Positions 22,730 to 34,800 of a stretch of 64,000 nt of DNA are shown here, one piece after another. Made by a program: the position numbers and the translations under genes. The stretch comes from Macrostomum lignano (Eukaryota). The notes beneath the pieces were generated by a model. The model worked only from the letters and a program-made list of their open reading frames with translations, had not been told where the DNA came from and ran no database searches. The number at the start of each line of letters is the position of its first letter. Within the stretch, counting starts at the first letter, position 1. Location of the stretch: contig NIVC01002744.1 of NCBI GenBank assembly GCA_002269645.1, forward strand, positions 1 through 64,000, written 5' to 3'.

Positions 22730-23995
22730 CATCACCAGACTCAGACAGACTCACCAGCTGGGGAATCGGAATTCTGCATCACCAGACTCAGACAGACTCA
22801 CCAGCTGGGGAATCGGAATTCTGCATCACCAGACTCGGACAGACTCACCAGCTGGGGAATCGGAATTCTGCATCACCAGACTCGGACAGACTCACCAGCT
22901 GGGGAATCGGAATTCTGCATCACCAGACTCGGACAGACTCACCAGCTGGGGAATCGGCAAGCTGCATCCCCAGACTCAGACAGATCCGACTTGGATTCCC
23001 GCTCAGCTTTGAGTTGGATTCCCGCTCAGATCCGACTTGGATTCCCGCTCAGATCCGACTTGGATTCCCGCTCAGATCCGACTTGGATTCCCGCTCAGCT
23101 TTGAGTTGGATTCCCGCTCAGATCCGACTTGGATTCCCGCTCAGCTTTGAGTTGGATTCCCGCTAAGATCCGACTTGGATTCCCGCTCAGACCCGACTTG
23201 GATTCCCGCTCAGCTTTGAGTTGGATTCCCGCTCAGATCCGACTTGGATTCCCGCTCAGCTTTGAGTTGGATTCCCGCTAAGATCCGACTTGGATTCCCG
23301 CTCAGCTTTGAGTTGGATTCCCGCTAAGATCCGACTTGGATTCCCGCTCAGACCCGACTTGGATTCCCGCTCAGCTTTGAGTTGGATTCCCGCTCAGATC
23401 CGACTTGGATTCCCGCTCAGCTTTGAGTTGGATTCCCGCTAAGATCCGACTTGGATTCCCGCTCAGATCCGACTTGGATTCCCGCTCAGCTTTGAGTTGG
23501 ATTCCCGCTCAGATCTGACTTGGATTCCCGCTCAGATTCGACTTGGATTCCCGCTCGCTCAGCTTTGAGTTGGATTCTCGCTCAGATCCGACTTGGATTC
23601 CCGCTCAGATCCGACTTGGATTCCCGCTCGCTCAGCTTTGAGTTGGATTCTCGCTCAGATCCGACTTGGATTCCCGCTCAGATCCGACTTGGATTCCCGC
23701 TCAGATCCGACTTGGATTCCCGCTCAGATTCGACTTGGATTCCCGCTCGCTCAGCTTTGAGTTGGATTCTCGCTCAGATCCGACTTGGATTCCCGCTCAG
23801 ATCCGACTTGGATTCCCGCTCAGATCCGACTTGGATTCCCGCTCGCTCAGCTTTGAGTTGGATTCTCGCTCAGATCCGACTTGGATTCCCGCTCAGATCC
23901 GACTTGGATTCCCGCTCAGATCCGACTTGGATTCCCGCTCCGATCCGACTTGGATTCCCGCTCCGATCCGACTTGGATTCCCGCTCCGAATCAAA
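22730..23995. repeat. Two adjacent intronic arrays: about 48-bp unit (22730-22985) and 23-bp TTGGATTCCCGCTCAGATCCGAC/CTTTGAG unit (22985-23995)
   Basis: Direct tandem units. Confidence 0.93.
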
Positions 23996-25571
23996 CTGAA
24001 GTAATTAACCCTGAGTTTTTCTCACCCCAGTCAGCCGCTGCCAAATAGTGCAGCTGAAAGCCTATGTACGTCGTACACAGTGTTTTCATTGGTCTCAAAC
24101 TTGACGCGAAGCACGCTGCCACCGGTTAAGTAGTTCTGGGAGGTGAAGCTGCCCACATCGAGTGACACAGATGCAGAGTTGCTCCAGAGCTGTTATATTA
24201 AAAATTTTACGAAAATCGCAGCAGGTCTCCAGATGCATGAAGTTGAAAGCGCGCGATCACAATGGAATCGATCGGACCGGATATTGTCCAGCTGCAGTTC
24301 ATCCTGTTATAGTAGGAACTGTCGTGGCTCAGGACCATGCCTCCGATGTAAGCTGGTGCCATTCGCCTGTACTCAGTGGGACAATCTGGATGGAGAGTAT
24401 AATGACTTGAGCTGTAAAGTGTATTCTAACTTTTAATTGCGCAGCCATGCAGACTGAAAGATGCAGGCAGGACAAGACAGGTAGGCAGAATAAGCTAACG
24501 ATGATAGCAATAATGGGCTAATGCTCTCACAGAACCGATGCCCGGCATCTCTGACGATCGCGTACCACACGAAGAAGCCCAAGCGGGTCACGCTTCCATC
24601 GGTGTGCAGGTGCAAAGTCATCATATTGGACGATGACCTGGTCTCAATATACACCTGGCTGTTGTCGCTCGGGTCGGCCGTGAACAGCAGCAGTCCGATC
24701 CTCGTGCCATCGTGCAGAGACACGCGGTCGTAGCCGGTCTCCATGTACACCGCATGAACAGCGTAAAAATTACGAGTACATAACCCTCCGGTGCTCGAAT
24801 CGTGGCGTAGCAATCAAGATTGTTTTCGTATGTACCAGTCGACCTGCTAGTTTCTGCCGCGTACATCCTTAAGGTGCTCTTCCTGAGGGAGCGTCGTGGA
24901 GGCTCACAAAATCGTTGCCAGTCTTCAAGTCGGCGTAAGAAAATCGCGCAGAGATTCTGTAGCTGGACTTGGCCCTCAGCTGCAGGGTGCAGAGCGTGTT
25001 GCTGAGGTACTGGCTGCTGTACATTCCATCGTGGCTCACAATCGAGAGCTCGCCTTCGTCTATGCTGACGTCGAACGCTGCGCTGGACGTAACGCCTTTG
25101 GGGCAGACTGGAGTGTTTTGTTAGAAAGTTCGGTAAGATGTCATGACTTTTTTAATCCTGGCATTTGTGGTAGCAACCCAGACCTTAATCTTGCCCTACA
25201 AATGCAAAATACCTTTAGCAATGCACAAGTAGCCACCTGGTGCTCTTGAGCACGTGCATGCGTATAAGAACCCCTGACAACTTTGCTAGCAGCCAGTTAC
25301 TCCTGTTTCCAGCAGCATGGTGCATGCGGTGCATTCATGCCAGATCGACTCACCATGCGGTGTATTCATGCCAGATCGACTCACCATGCGGTGCATTCAT
25401 GTCAGATCCACTCACCAGTCTGCCGGGGAACGCAGCCTCCAGCTGACAAAAGAGAGAAGAAAATTATGAAGAAATTATGAAGATATAGTGGACAATAGCA
25501 GGCATTCCGGAACAGCGGGACGTTGAATATATTTGTACTACCAAGCTGCAACTTTGGAGCGTACATGTATT

Positions 25572-26479
25572 CAGGGGTGTCGCCATGGATTTTATGTTGA
25601 GGGGGACAAAGCCGAGAATTCTACATGTACACGACTGAATTCTTATGTAAATACATTAATTAGTGCCGCAGACACTCAGTCAGTGTTTGTCCCCGCACCG
25701 CACCGCATATATTTTGGCGCCACAGGCACTTATTTTGGCGCCACAGGCACTTATTTTGGCGCCACAGGCACTTATTTTGGCGCCGCAGGCACTCATTTTG
25801 GCGCCGCAGGCACTCATTTCGGCGCCGCAGGCACTCATTTCGGCGCCGCAGGCACTCATTTCGGCGCCGCAGGCACTCATTTTGGCGACGCAGGCACTTA
25901 TTTTGGCGCCGCAGGCACTCATTTTGGCGCCGCAGGCACTCATTTTGGCGCCGCAGGCACTCATTTTGGCGACGCAGGCACTTATTTTGGCGCCACAGGC
26001 ACTCATTTTGGCGCCGCAGGCACTCATTTTGGCACCGCAGGCACTCATTTTGGCGCCGCAGGCACTTATTTCGGCATCGCAGGCACTCAATTGCCTTATG
26101 GTTTTTGGTACCCACCGCGCCCAACCCCACCCCCCCAGGCGATTGGGGGGGGCGCGACCCCCCCGCCCCCCCTGGCTACGCCACTGGCCGTCACCATACG
26201 AGACCGGCTTGCTTTTTCCAGTAAAAGCTATGGGGGGACATGCCAATGCTTTGTCCCCTCACCTAATTTTGTGACCCGTTATGGCAGTCAATAATTTTGT
26301 TTCAGGGTGAAAAGCATAGCGCCCGCGGCACCGAAAATGAGTGCCCGCAGTGCAAAAAAAGGGTGCCTGCGACGCCAAAATGAGAGCTGTCAACACCGAT
26401 TCTGATAATAATGTACAGTACATGTACATGTAGATTTCTTGGCTTGTCCCCCGACCAGAAAATCAATGGCGACGCCCTG
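25572..26479. mobile_element. Composite hAT-type MITE containing a 21-bp array (25705-26085)
   Basis: TIRs CAGGG(G)(T/C)GTCGCCAT(G/T)GATTTT and an 8-bp TSD CATGTATT/TATGTATT. It carries the GCAGGCACTCATTTTGGCGCC array and the right TIR of the 38338 family. Confidence 0.75.
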
Positions 26480-27129
26480 TATGTATTCGATTGAGTTAGA
26501 CAGCGAGATAATGTTTACAAAAAGAACTTTTTTTGATTCTGTTACAGTCTTTGTTGAAAAAAATTGGATACTTAGAAATGTGCTTTTAACAATATTTGTT
26601 TGCAGGTATTTTCAAACCAAGCTCGAACAGCCACCACAGCTTCATACTCTACGTGAAAGCCGGTCCCTGAGTTTGTCTCGTCCGACTTGAATAGAACTCG
26701 CAGAGAATTCGAACTCGACCGAAACCGCACCGGAGTGGCAAGATGGCGGGAAGCAGTCGACAGGTTGGCCAGCGGGAGGCCGTTTGAGTCCAGTAGAGCG
26801 AGGATGTCATAATCCGGCTCAAGATCCAGGTAGGTCACTGCTGCGCTGATTGCATAGCCGGCAGGTGCTTGCAGCGTCAGCGCGCAGTCGGCATTGTGCG
26901 GATAACGGGACCCCTCGGACACGCCTCGGTGACTCACCACGGAGCCGGACGAGTTCGCTTGAAGGCCGATGCTTCGAGTTTCGTTGCACACTGAGAAGTG
27001 GCAAAGGAAAAGACAACTGGCTTTTGAGAATGTACTTTCTAACGGACATTTCTACGGATCCATGCTACCTAACTTTGAATGAGACATAGCATTTGCTGTA
27101 AAACTTCATCTGAGGTTCTATAAATTGCT

Positions 27130-27830
27130 GTTTCAGTGAATCTTCGAACTCCGGAAAGAACTGATAGATTGACTGCTTCGGCCTTTAGCAGCATTCACCA
27201 GTGTTAAACGCACTCTGTGTCATATTTGTTTCTATTCGGGCACACGTTTCTTTCTGTAATTGCCCTGTGCCAACATCTGCATAAACAGCATGACTAAACT
27301 GTACTAAATATTGTGCATAGCAGTCAGTGACCTCCCACATCACAGGGCAGATGGGCGGGCACCCAGAACTGCCGGCAATCGCGTGCTGCGGTTCCGTGCC
27401 CCTCTTGCAAGCTCAGGAACGGTTTCTGAACAAAAATCGAAAGGATATTCGAGCCCTTGTCATGACCTTTACCAGCTATGGCTACCTCATCAGACACTGC
27501 TTCCTCCGAGGCGACCTCGAGAGTGAACTTTGCCCTTTTTGCAAGTACGACAATGAAGATGCTCAGCACTTTGTCTGTCACTGCATGCCCTTTCTTTACC
27601 AGAGACCGGCTACGCTACCTCGGTCCAAATCCGTCCAACGACGAGGTCTGCCAGCCCGACAGTTCCTTTGGGTGACAAGATGAGATCACGCTGCATGACG
27701 GACCGGCGGACCACCCTGACCGGCCCCACGCCTCTGCCTGTCTGCGGACCTTCAGGGGCTAGCGGAATGGGCGGCCCTTGCCTCCCCGCTGTGTCTACGG
27801 ACCACCCTGCAGCTAAGTCAAGTGAAGTCA
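27130..27830 (+). mobile_element. 3' fragment of an I-group (Loa/Lian-like) LINE with C-terminal CCHC finger
   Basis: CRQSRAAVP...NRKDIRALVMTFTSYGYLIRHC...LCPFCKYDNEDAQHFVCHC across a frameshift, followed by a short AAGTC-type tail. It lies in a CUB gene intron. Confidence 0.75.
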
Positions 27831-30800
27831 AGACCTTGCAAATCAATCAGAAACTTACCGAAGCCGTCGGGCACCACGCTGAGCAGCAGCTTGAAGCCGT
27901 AGTGGCTGTTTGAATTGCCCGAGAATCGAACTACGGCGCTGCTCGTAGCTGACCGATAACTCGACCTGGGACGAGCAATACACTTCGTTGACTCAAATGT
28001 TAGTTAGCAGGCAAAAGCTTTGTTTTTAGGAAACGACGCACTAACTTAGTGCTGAGATGCCAAGGCTTACAGTGGAAATTACTGAGATATAAAGGTTCAT
28101 GGGGGAAATTTCTGAGATGTGAAGGCCTACGATGGGAATCGCTGAGATGTGATGGCTTACGGGTGAGTAGCAAAGATGTCAAGGCCCATGGGGAAAATCG
28201 CCGAGATGCCAAGGCTCATGAGGGAATTTCTGTGATTTCAACGCTTAATTGGAGTTTAATTCTGTCATCTAAGAGCTTCGAATAGAAGACTGGCAGCATT
28301 GAGTTGACGGCTGGTTCTGCAGGATGCTAACTTCCAGAAAACTTACTGAGTGTACATTAAGCAGTTTTAATTTTCTCATGTTAATTTTTTTTACCATTTT
28401 CATGTGTTTTTCTGAGTTTATAGGCTTTTTGAGTAACTCATGCGTTAATACTTTGCGACCTCTAGCTAGATTCAAGTCAAAGGCATACCAGCTATGGCTA
28501 TGGTTCTCAGCAGAACTCGAAAGCCAAGACGGGACGTCGAGCTGACCCACCGCGACTCGCTCTGCAGCCAGGACGGGCCGGAGAGCCGGCCAAGCAAATT
28601 CCAAGTTGTCATGCAGGCTCAGAAAGTCGCTTCCGGCTTCGAAATCGGCGAAGACCACCCGGGCGAGCACCCCGTAACCGGCCGGAGCTCGTAGCGTGGC
28701 GACGCAGTTGACGCTGCCGCTTCGCTGCCAGCCGTAGTGGAAGCCGCGATGACTCAGCAGCTCCACTGACTCGCTTGTAAGCAAGATTGTACTGCACCGA
28801 TCCGTCTGGGACTTGAATGTCGTTTTCGCAGACTGAAAAGCGGTAGGCAAGTCAAAATATACTGTCGTTCTAGAAGTAAATATTGATGGTTTTACCGTAC
28901 CGGCAAACCTAAGCAACCCTACAGGGCCAGCGGATGTGGCATACTTATCGACTAGAGCTCTTTATTTTTCCCTATTTGTCAGAGGCAGCCGTCGGTTGGG
29001 CAGTACGGAGTACTTCAGCGCGTAGCCCCAGCCTCCCGGACTGTTTCCAGTTGTCAAGGCAACGGACACAGCGCTGCCCTCGGAAATGTATTCGGCTGAC
29101 GTAAAGAATCGAAAATGGTCGATTGACGGAGTCTGCACCCTAGGCTGGGCCACCGGCGGTTGGCTGATTCTGTAGCTCTGCCAGAACTGCAGGCTGTCAC
29201 AGCAGGCCTGCAGGTCCATGTACCACAGCTGTAGGCGGATTCGGTAGCCGAACGGGGCTCGCAGTTTGAAGGTGCAGCGCATGCTGGTGTAGTACGGGCT
29301 TCTGCACACTTCAGCATGGCTTCCCAGCTGCGCCACTCGGCGTCCTGCGCACCAATGGAAAAGTCGGCCTCGAAGTTTCCGGAGCCTGGGCAGACTGGGG
29401 AGTTCAGCGCGGAGGATTGGAGAGTTTAGCTGATGAGGATGAAACATTTTGCTATGGAACAGCATCCGGAGTTCTGCAGCCAGAATTCTATACATGTACT
29501 GCACTTGTGCAACCTCGAATAGGTTTCTTTTACTACGGCGTACATGTCCTGGTTAACTGCGCCTTGCAGCTTTTGACAATTTATTGACAACTATATCTTT
29601 GGAAATAATTATTTAAATTTTACGAGCTATCAAAATTAATTAATGAATCAACCTCAGATAACCTCAGTCCATTTTAGTGATACAATAACAGTTTTCGATG
29701 CTTCCCTATGTGGCTTTACGGGCTCTTTCCTGGTTTTCAGCGTTCCTGGCTCGCGGTCTCGGGACTGCTAATCTCGGGATTTTGTCTCGTCTCACAGTAA
29801 CTCGGTATTCACGTTTGTTTGTTTGTAGAATGGGGAGTTTCATGGACGCAGCCGATGTCAACATTTGTCACTAGATCGACGAATTCAAATTTCAGCTTCT
29901 CGTAGATGTCAAGCTGGGCTAAAGTCAACCACAATTTCCTTGTTTTGCACCCGGTGCACGATCTCTTCACAGTAGCAACGTCACGTACGTAGTTTTTTGG
30001 GAGCCCGGGGACACCAGTGAGATATTAGGCCGCCAAGAGCCGGCAGCTGCATGTATGTGCGCCTTGTCGATGTCATCCGTCGATGCCATCCGTCGATGCC
30101 TTGTCGTTAAGTTGATCACCGTCCAGCTGCAGAATTTGCGCAGGTCGTGACGCAGACTAATTCAAATTTTCGACACGACGGCTCATGGTTTAAAAAGACG
30201 CATCCTAGGAATGATCAGTCACAAAAGCAGAATGAGCTGGATGATCGGTAGTGCAATCTTATTCGATAGCTAGTAGCAGGACTCACCTTGCATTTTACGT
30301 GCAAGTTTATATATCCGACTTCATGTTGTTCTGTAATGGACCGAAATCCATTATTGCTTTACATGCATTCTACATCTGCAGTAGCATGTGTTTTCAGTAG
30401 TTATAATTCTAAGTAGATTCATAACTATCTGGTTTACATACATGTGCAAAAATTGATGCACATATACAAAAAAATTATGTCAGTTCTCGGCAATTCGGCA
30501 GAAAATATAAAATTTAGTACGAGACATCACTGGACATCCACAGTGTAGAATTCGGGTTTTACTACATCTGCGCATCTCCGTTCTTTAGCCAATAATTTTA
30601 GTATAGTAAAATATAGTGAATACGCTATATTTTACCAAGTGAAGAACTTGAAGTTTTATACGCCACAAGCTGGAACTATTATTTTTGAAAACGACCCATT
30701 TAATTTGAAATATTGCACATCAGCTAAAACAAATATTATGTAGAGATACTCCTGGCATTACTGAAAGAAAATTTGTACAAATAATTGAATGTTTCTAATA

Positions 30801-31820
30801 CTCTATAGCCACTCTAGAGTTAGGTCCTTTTGTTCTTAATTTTCGAGCATTGAATTACCATGATGGCAATATTTGACTTTAAGTTTTCTGTGAAGTCAGT
30901 CTGTCGACGTTAAGTTTTATAGTTAATTGTTATGACCATAATATCTATTGTCCTATTACTCAAACTGTCAGTGTTGAATGTTAATGGATGCATTTTGCGT
31001 ATCTTTATTTACGAGTAATTACACCAGATAACTTCACTTTAAATGGCTCCGTTTATGAGATGTTAAAATCACCAACAATTCGAGATTTTAACTTCATCAA
31101 ATAGCTCGTTTGATTTGGGAATTTAACTGTTATTTCGAAACTCTTACCCTTTTATGAAATTTGAAAAAAATTATATCGAAATACATTTTTTAATTAACTG
31201 GCCGTGACTCCTCGAAGCTACTTTAAAAACCATTTTAGGTATTTCCAAAAAAATCGAATATCTATATATCTTATTTTTGTCCCAGTATTCATTTTTTATT
31301 TTATAGTATCTAATCTGAAAGATGTACCAAGAGACAAACGGTCTGATAGAATTGATTATAGCATAGTAAATGATATACTAAAACAAGAAATCTATATGTG
31401 AACTATTTGCATTAGGCCTAGTTTATGATAATTAATTAACATTAAGTTGTTAACTAAAAAACAAATATAAAATCAAATATAAAAATTTGTATATTTACTT
31501 TGTCTTTGTATCTATTATTTAAAAATTATATATCATTGTAAATACATTTAGAAAATTGCTCATCATAAATAGTTCATCTTGCTGGATGAAGTATTCAATT
31601 TTTGAACTATGATTCATTTTTAATTGTTTTCTAAATTTAGTTTTGCCTACATATCTTATAATATGAATATATATGTCTACCCACTAGCTAGCATAACTGT
31701 TGGTATTTTTTTATTTTTACGCAGCTCTGATTGGCTTTACAAATATATATTGAAATTCCCATTTCAGCTCTTCAATGCTCCAAGAACAAGCATTTATTTG
31801 TGTTCTACATTAAGGCTGTG

Positions 31821-34800
31821 ATGGCTTTTTTGGCCAGCACACTCTGGGAATTTATAGCTGCCAGTAGTCCAATGCAACCATTCAGCTTGTTCATCACCAG
31901 GCTGGATGTTCTAGATATTATATTTATTGGATTCTGTCTGTTTGGATTTGCTGCATCAGTGCTCGCTCATGTCACTTATCAGCTGATTTACCCCAAGGGC
32001 ACCGAGTCTCGCGAGCTCTGGTCGCCCCTGGCCCAACACCCGGGCTTTCTGGCGCCGGACCTGCACCACAGACCGGAGATATGCAGCTGGCTGAATATTC
32101 TGATTGGCTGGCTCAGCAACTGCAGTCAGAGGTCTTTTGTTCAGCATGGAAACTGCAGCAGATTGTACAGCGGATTTTTACTGAACTGCCTGAAGGCTTT
32201 CAATGAAGCGGCCAGCGGCACAGTGAGTCACACACATGATCACAGAGGGTGTACAGTGACCCAAGCTTTGTCATTGCCAGACAGAATGCACACTCTGTGC
32301 CTTGGAGGTTGGCCCCCATGGGCGACATTTGCACAAACCGCAGGCTAACTTACTGACTTACTAATCCACTTTCAGGCTGTTTATGTACAAGATATCTCAC
32401 TGGGCACCTCGTTGCCAACAGTAAAATCAGTTACACCAAGGATCTGCCCAGGTCCCGGCAAAGAGCTGGTATGCATCAAATTAACCATTTTCAAATATCG
32501 GCTTTACATTGGAATTCGGACAATTGTATCCGCCTGTTTTTCCCTGCCTTTTCAGCTGCTCTACGCTCAGGTTTACGTTCCGGATGTCCTGTTGAAGGTC
32601 CGCGTGGCTCACTGGCAGACCGACTACAGCGTTCAGCTGACGAACTGCAGCGCCGAAGTGAGTAATCAGTGTTGAGTTCATGCTGAAGTGAGTGATCAGT
32701 GTTCAGCTCATGCTGAAGTGAGTGATCAGTGTTGAGTTCATGCTGAAGTGAGTGATCAGTGTTGAGTTCATGCTGAAGTGAGTGATCAGTGTTGAGTTCA
32801 TGCTGAAGTGAGTGATCAGTGTTGAGTTCATGCTGAAGTGAGTGATCAGTTTTGAGTTCATGCTGAAGTGAGTGATCAGTGTTGAGTTCATGCTGAAGTG
32901 AGTGATCACTGTTGAGCTCATGCTGAAGTGAGTGATCAGTGTTGAGCTCATGCTGAAGTGAGTGATCAGTGTTCAGCTCATGCTGAAGTGAGTGATCAGT
33001 GTTGAGCTCATGCTGAAGTGAGTGATCAGTGTTGAGTTCATGCTGAAGTGAGTGATCAGTGTTGAGTTCATGCTGAAGTGAGTGATCAGTGTTGAGCTCA
33101 TGCTGAAGTGAGTGATCAGTGTTGAGTTCATGCTGAAGTGAGTGATCAGTGTTGAGCTCATGCTGAAGTGAGTGATCAGTGTTCAGTTCATGCTGAAGTG
33201 AGTGATCAGTGTTGAGTTCATGCTGAAGTGAGTGATCAGTGTTGAGTTCATGCTGAAGTGAGTGATCAGTGTTGAGTTCATGCTGAAGTGAGTGATCAGT
33301 GTTGAGTTCATGCTGAAGTGAGTGATCAGTGTTGAGCTCATGCTGAAGTGAGTGATCAGTGTTGAGTTCATGCTGAAGTGAGTGATCAGTGTTGAGTTCA
33401 TGCTGAAGTGAGTGATCAGTGTTGAGTTCATGCTGAAGTGAGTGATCAGTGTTGAGCTCATGCTGAAGTGAGTGATCAGTGTTGAGTTCATGCTGAAGTG
33501 AGTGATCAGTTTTGAGTTCATGCTGAAGTGAGTGATCAGTGTTGAGCTCATGCTGAAGTGAGTGATCAGTGTTGAGTTCATGCTGAAGTGAGTGATCAGT
33601 GTTGAGTTCATGCTGAAGTGAGTGATCAGTGTTGAGCTCATGCTGAAGTGAGTAATCAGTGTTGAGTTCATGCTGAAGTGAGTGATCAGTGTTGAGCTCA
33701 TGCTGAAGTGAGTGATCAGTGTTCAGTTCATGCTGCAGCTGTTTCTACTTTTCAACCCAGGCTGAGCTGGAGCTTCGGCTGGCTCAGGGACCGCCGACAG
33801 CTTCGGCACGTCTGATTGGCCGGCCTTTTGTCTCCGAAGCCCGCGTCTATCGCATTGACAACTCTGGCGTCAGCCAATCAGAGGCTTCCGCTCGTTCTGA
33901 TTGGCTGGCCGGTCGGGTCATTGCGCTGCTGGGTTCCACTGTGGTCAATTTTCCATTGGGCTGCAATGGACTACTGCGTGCGGCACCAGTTCTGAGCCGA
34001 AGCGAAGACAAGGCCTGCCAGACAGATGAGGTATCTGCAGTTTTATCGAAGCAGAATTTCCACGACAGCACCTGTTTCAATTCTCAAACTCTTTTTCAAC
34101 AGGCTATCTTTGCTGAATATCAAGATGCAGACTGCGGCTGTTCGCTTCTGAAGAAAAAGCTGCTTGAGGAAGATCGTAAAGTTTTGCCTACTCTGGCTAA
34201 TAAATTGACAATGGCCACTTCACATGAGATCGCGTCGCGTATATTAAATCAAAATGAAAATTCGTTGAGCTCCACTAATCAAAGCTGCTCACCTGTGCTG
34301 ACCAATCACAACTCTCCGAGCATTTCGTCGAATCAAAACGGTGCAAAAACGTCCTTCTCGTCCAATCAGAATGCTGCAAAACTTTCAACAACCAATGAGA
34401 TCAACGGTATTAAGAGGTCAAAGTCCCGCCTCTTGGTGAAGGTGATTCGAGCATCCGGCCTCGAGTCCGTCGCCTCGTCATCATTGGACGCCGCCAGCCG
34501 CAGCGCAGTGGTCCAGCTGGAACTGGACGAGCCCAGGCAGGTCCGCCAGACCAAACCGGCCTATGGGGTGACCAATCCCTACTGGGATGAGCATTTTGTG
34601 CTGTGAGTCCGGCTGGCATGCTTCATCTTGCTTGCATCTTGAAATTTGTTGGCCTACTGGCTGGTTGGTTCGCAGGGGGCTTTGGGCACCTCCGCAAATC
34701 AAGGCTACTGGCTTAGTTGGTTCGCAGGGGGCTTTGGGCACCTCCGCAAATCAAGGCTACTGGCTTAGTTGGTTCGCAGGGGGCTTTGGGCACCTCCGCA

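Larger units (their letters stand above)
22495..29394 (-). pseudogene. Multi-CUB (at least 5-6 domains) + probable C-terminal PAN domain gene with many frameshifts
   Basis: CUB-coding exons near 28990-29394, 28470-28830, 27859-27965, 26660-26990, 24540-25110 and 24024-24410 (e.g. YPHNADCALTLQAPAGY...LRVLFKSDETNSGTGFHVEY). PAN-like exon 22495-22681 (SGIECAVLC...SCR). At least 6 frame breaks, a stop, and a fusion of two CUB halves. Confidence 0.75.

Noticed and set aside
22434-24004. Several 110-190-aa plus-strand ORFs
   Set aside because: They arise from the 48-bp and 23-bp arrays and are antisense to the CUB-PAN gene.
24433-24540. Hydrophobic GPI-signal-like end of ORF 24433-24813
   Set aside because: A GTGAG donor precedes it and further CUB exons follow, so it is intron read-through.
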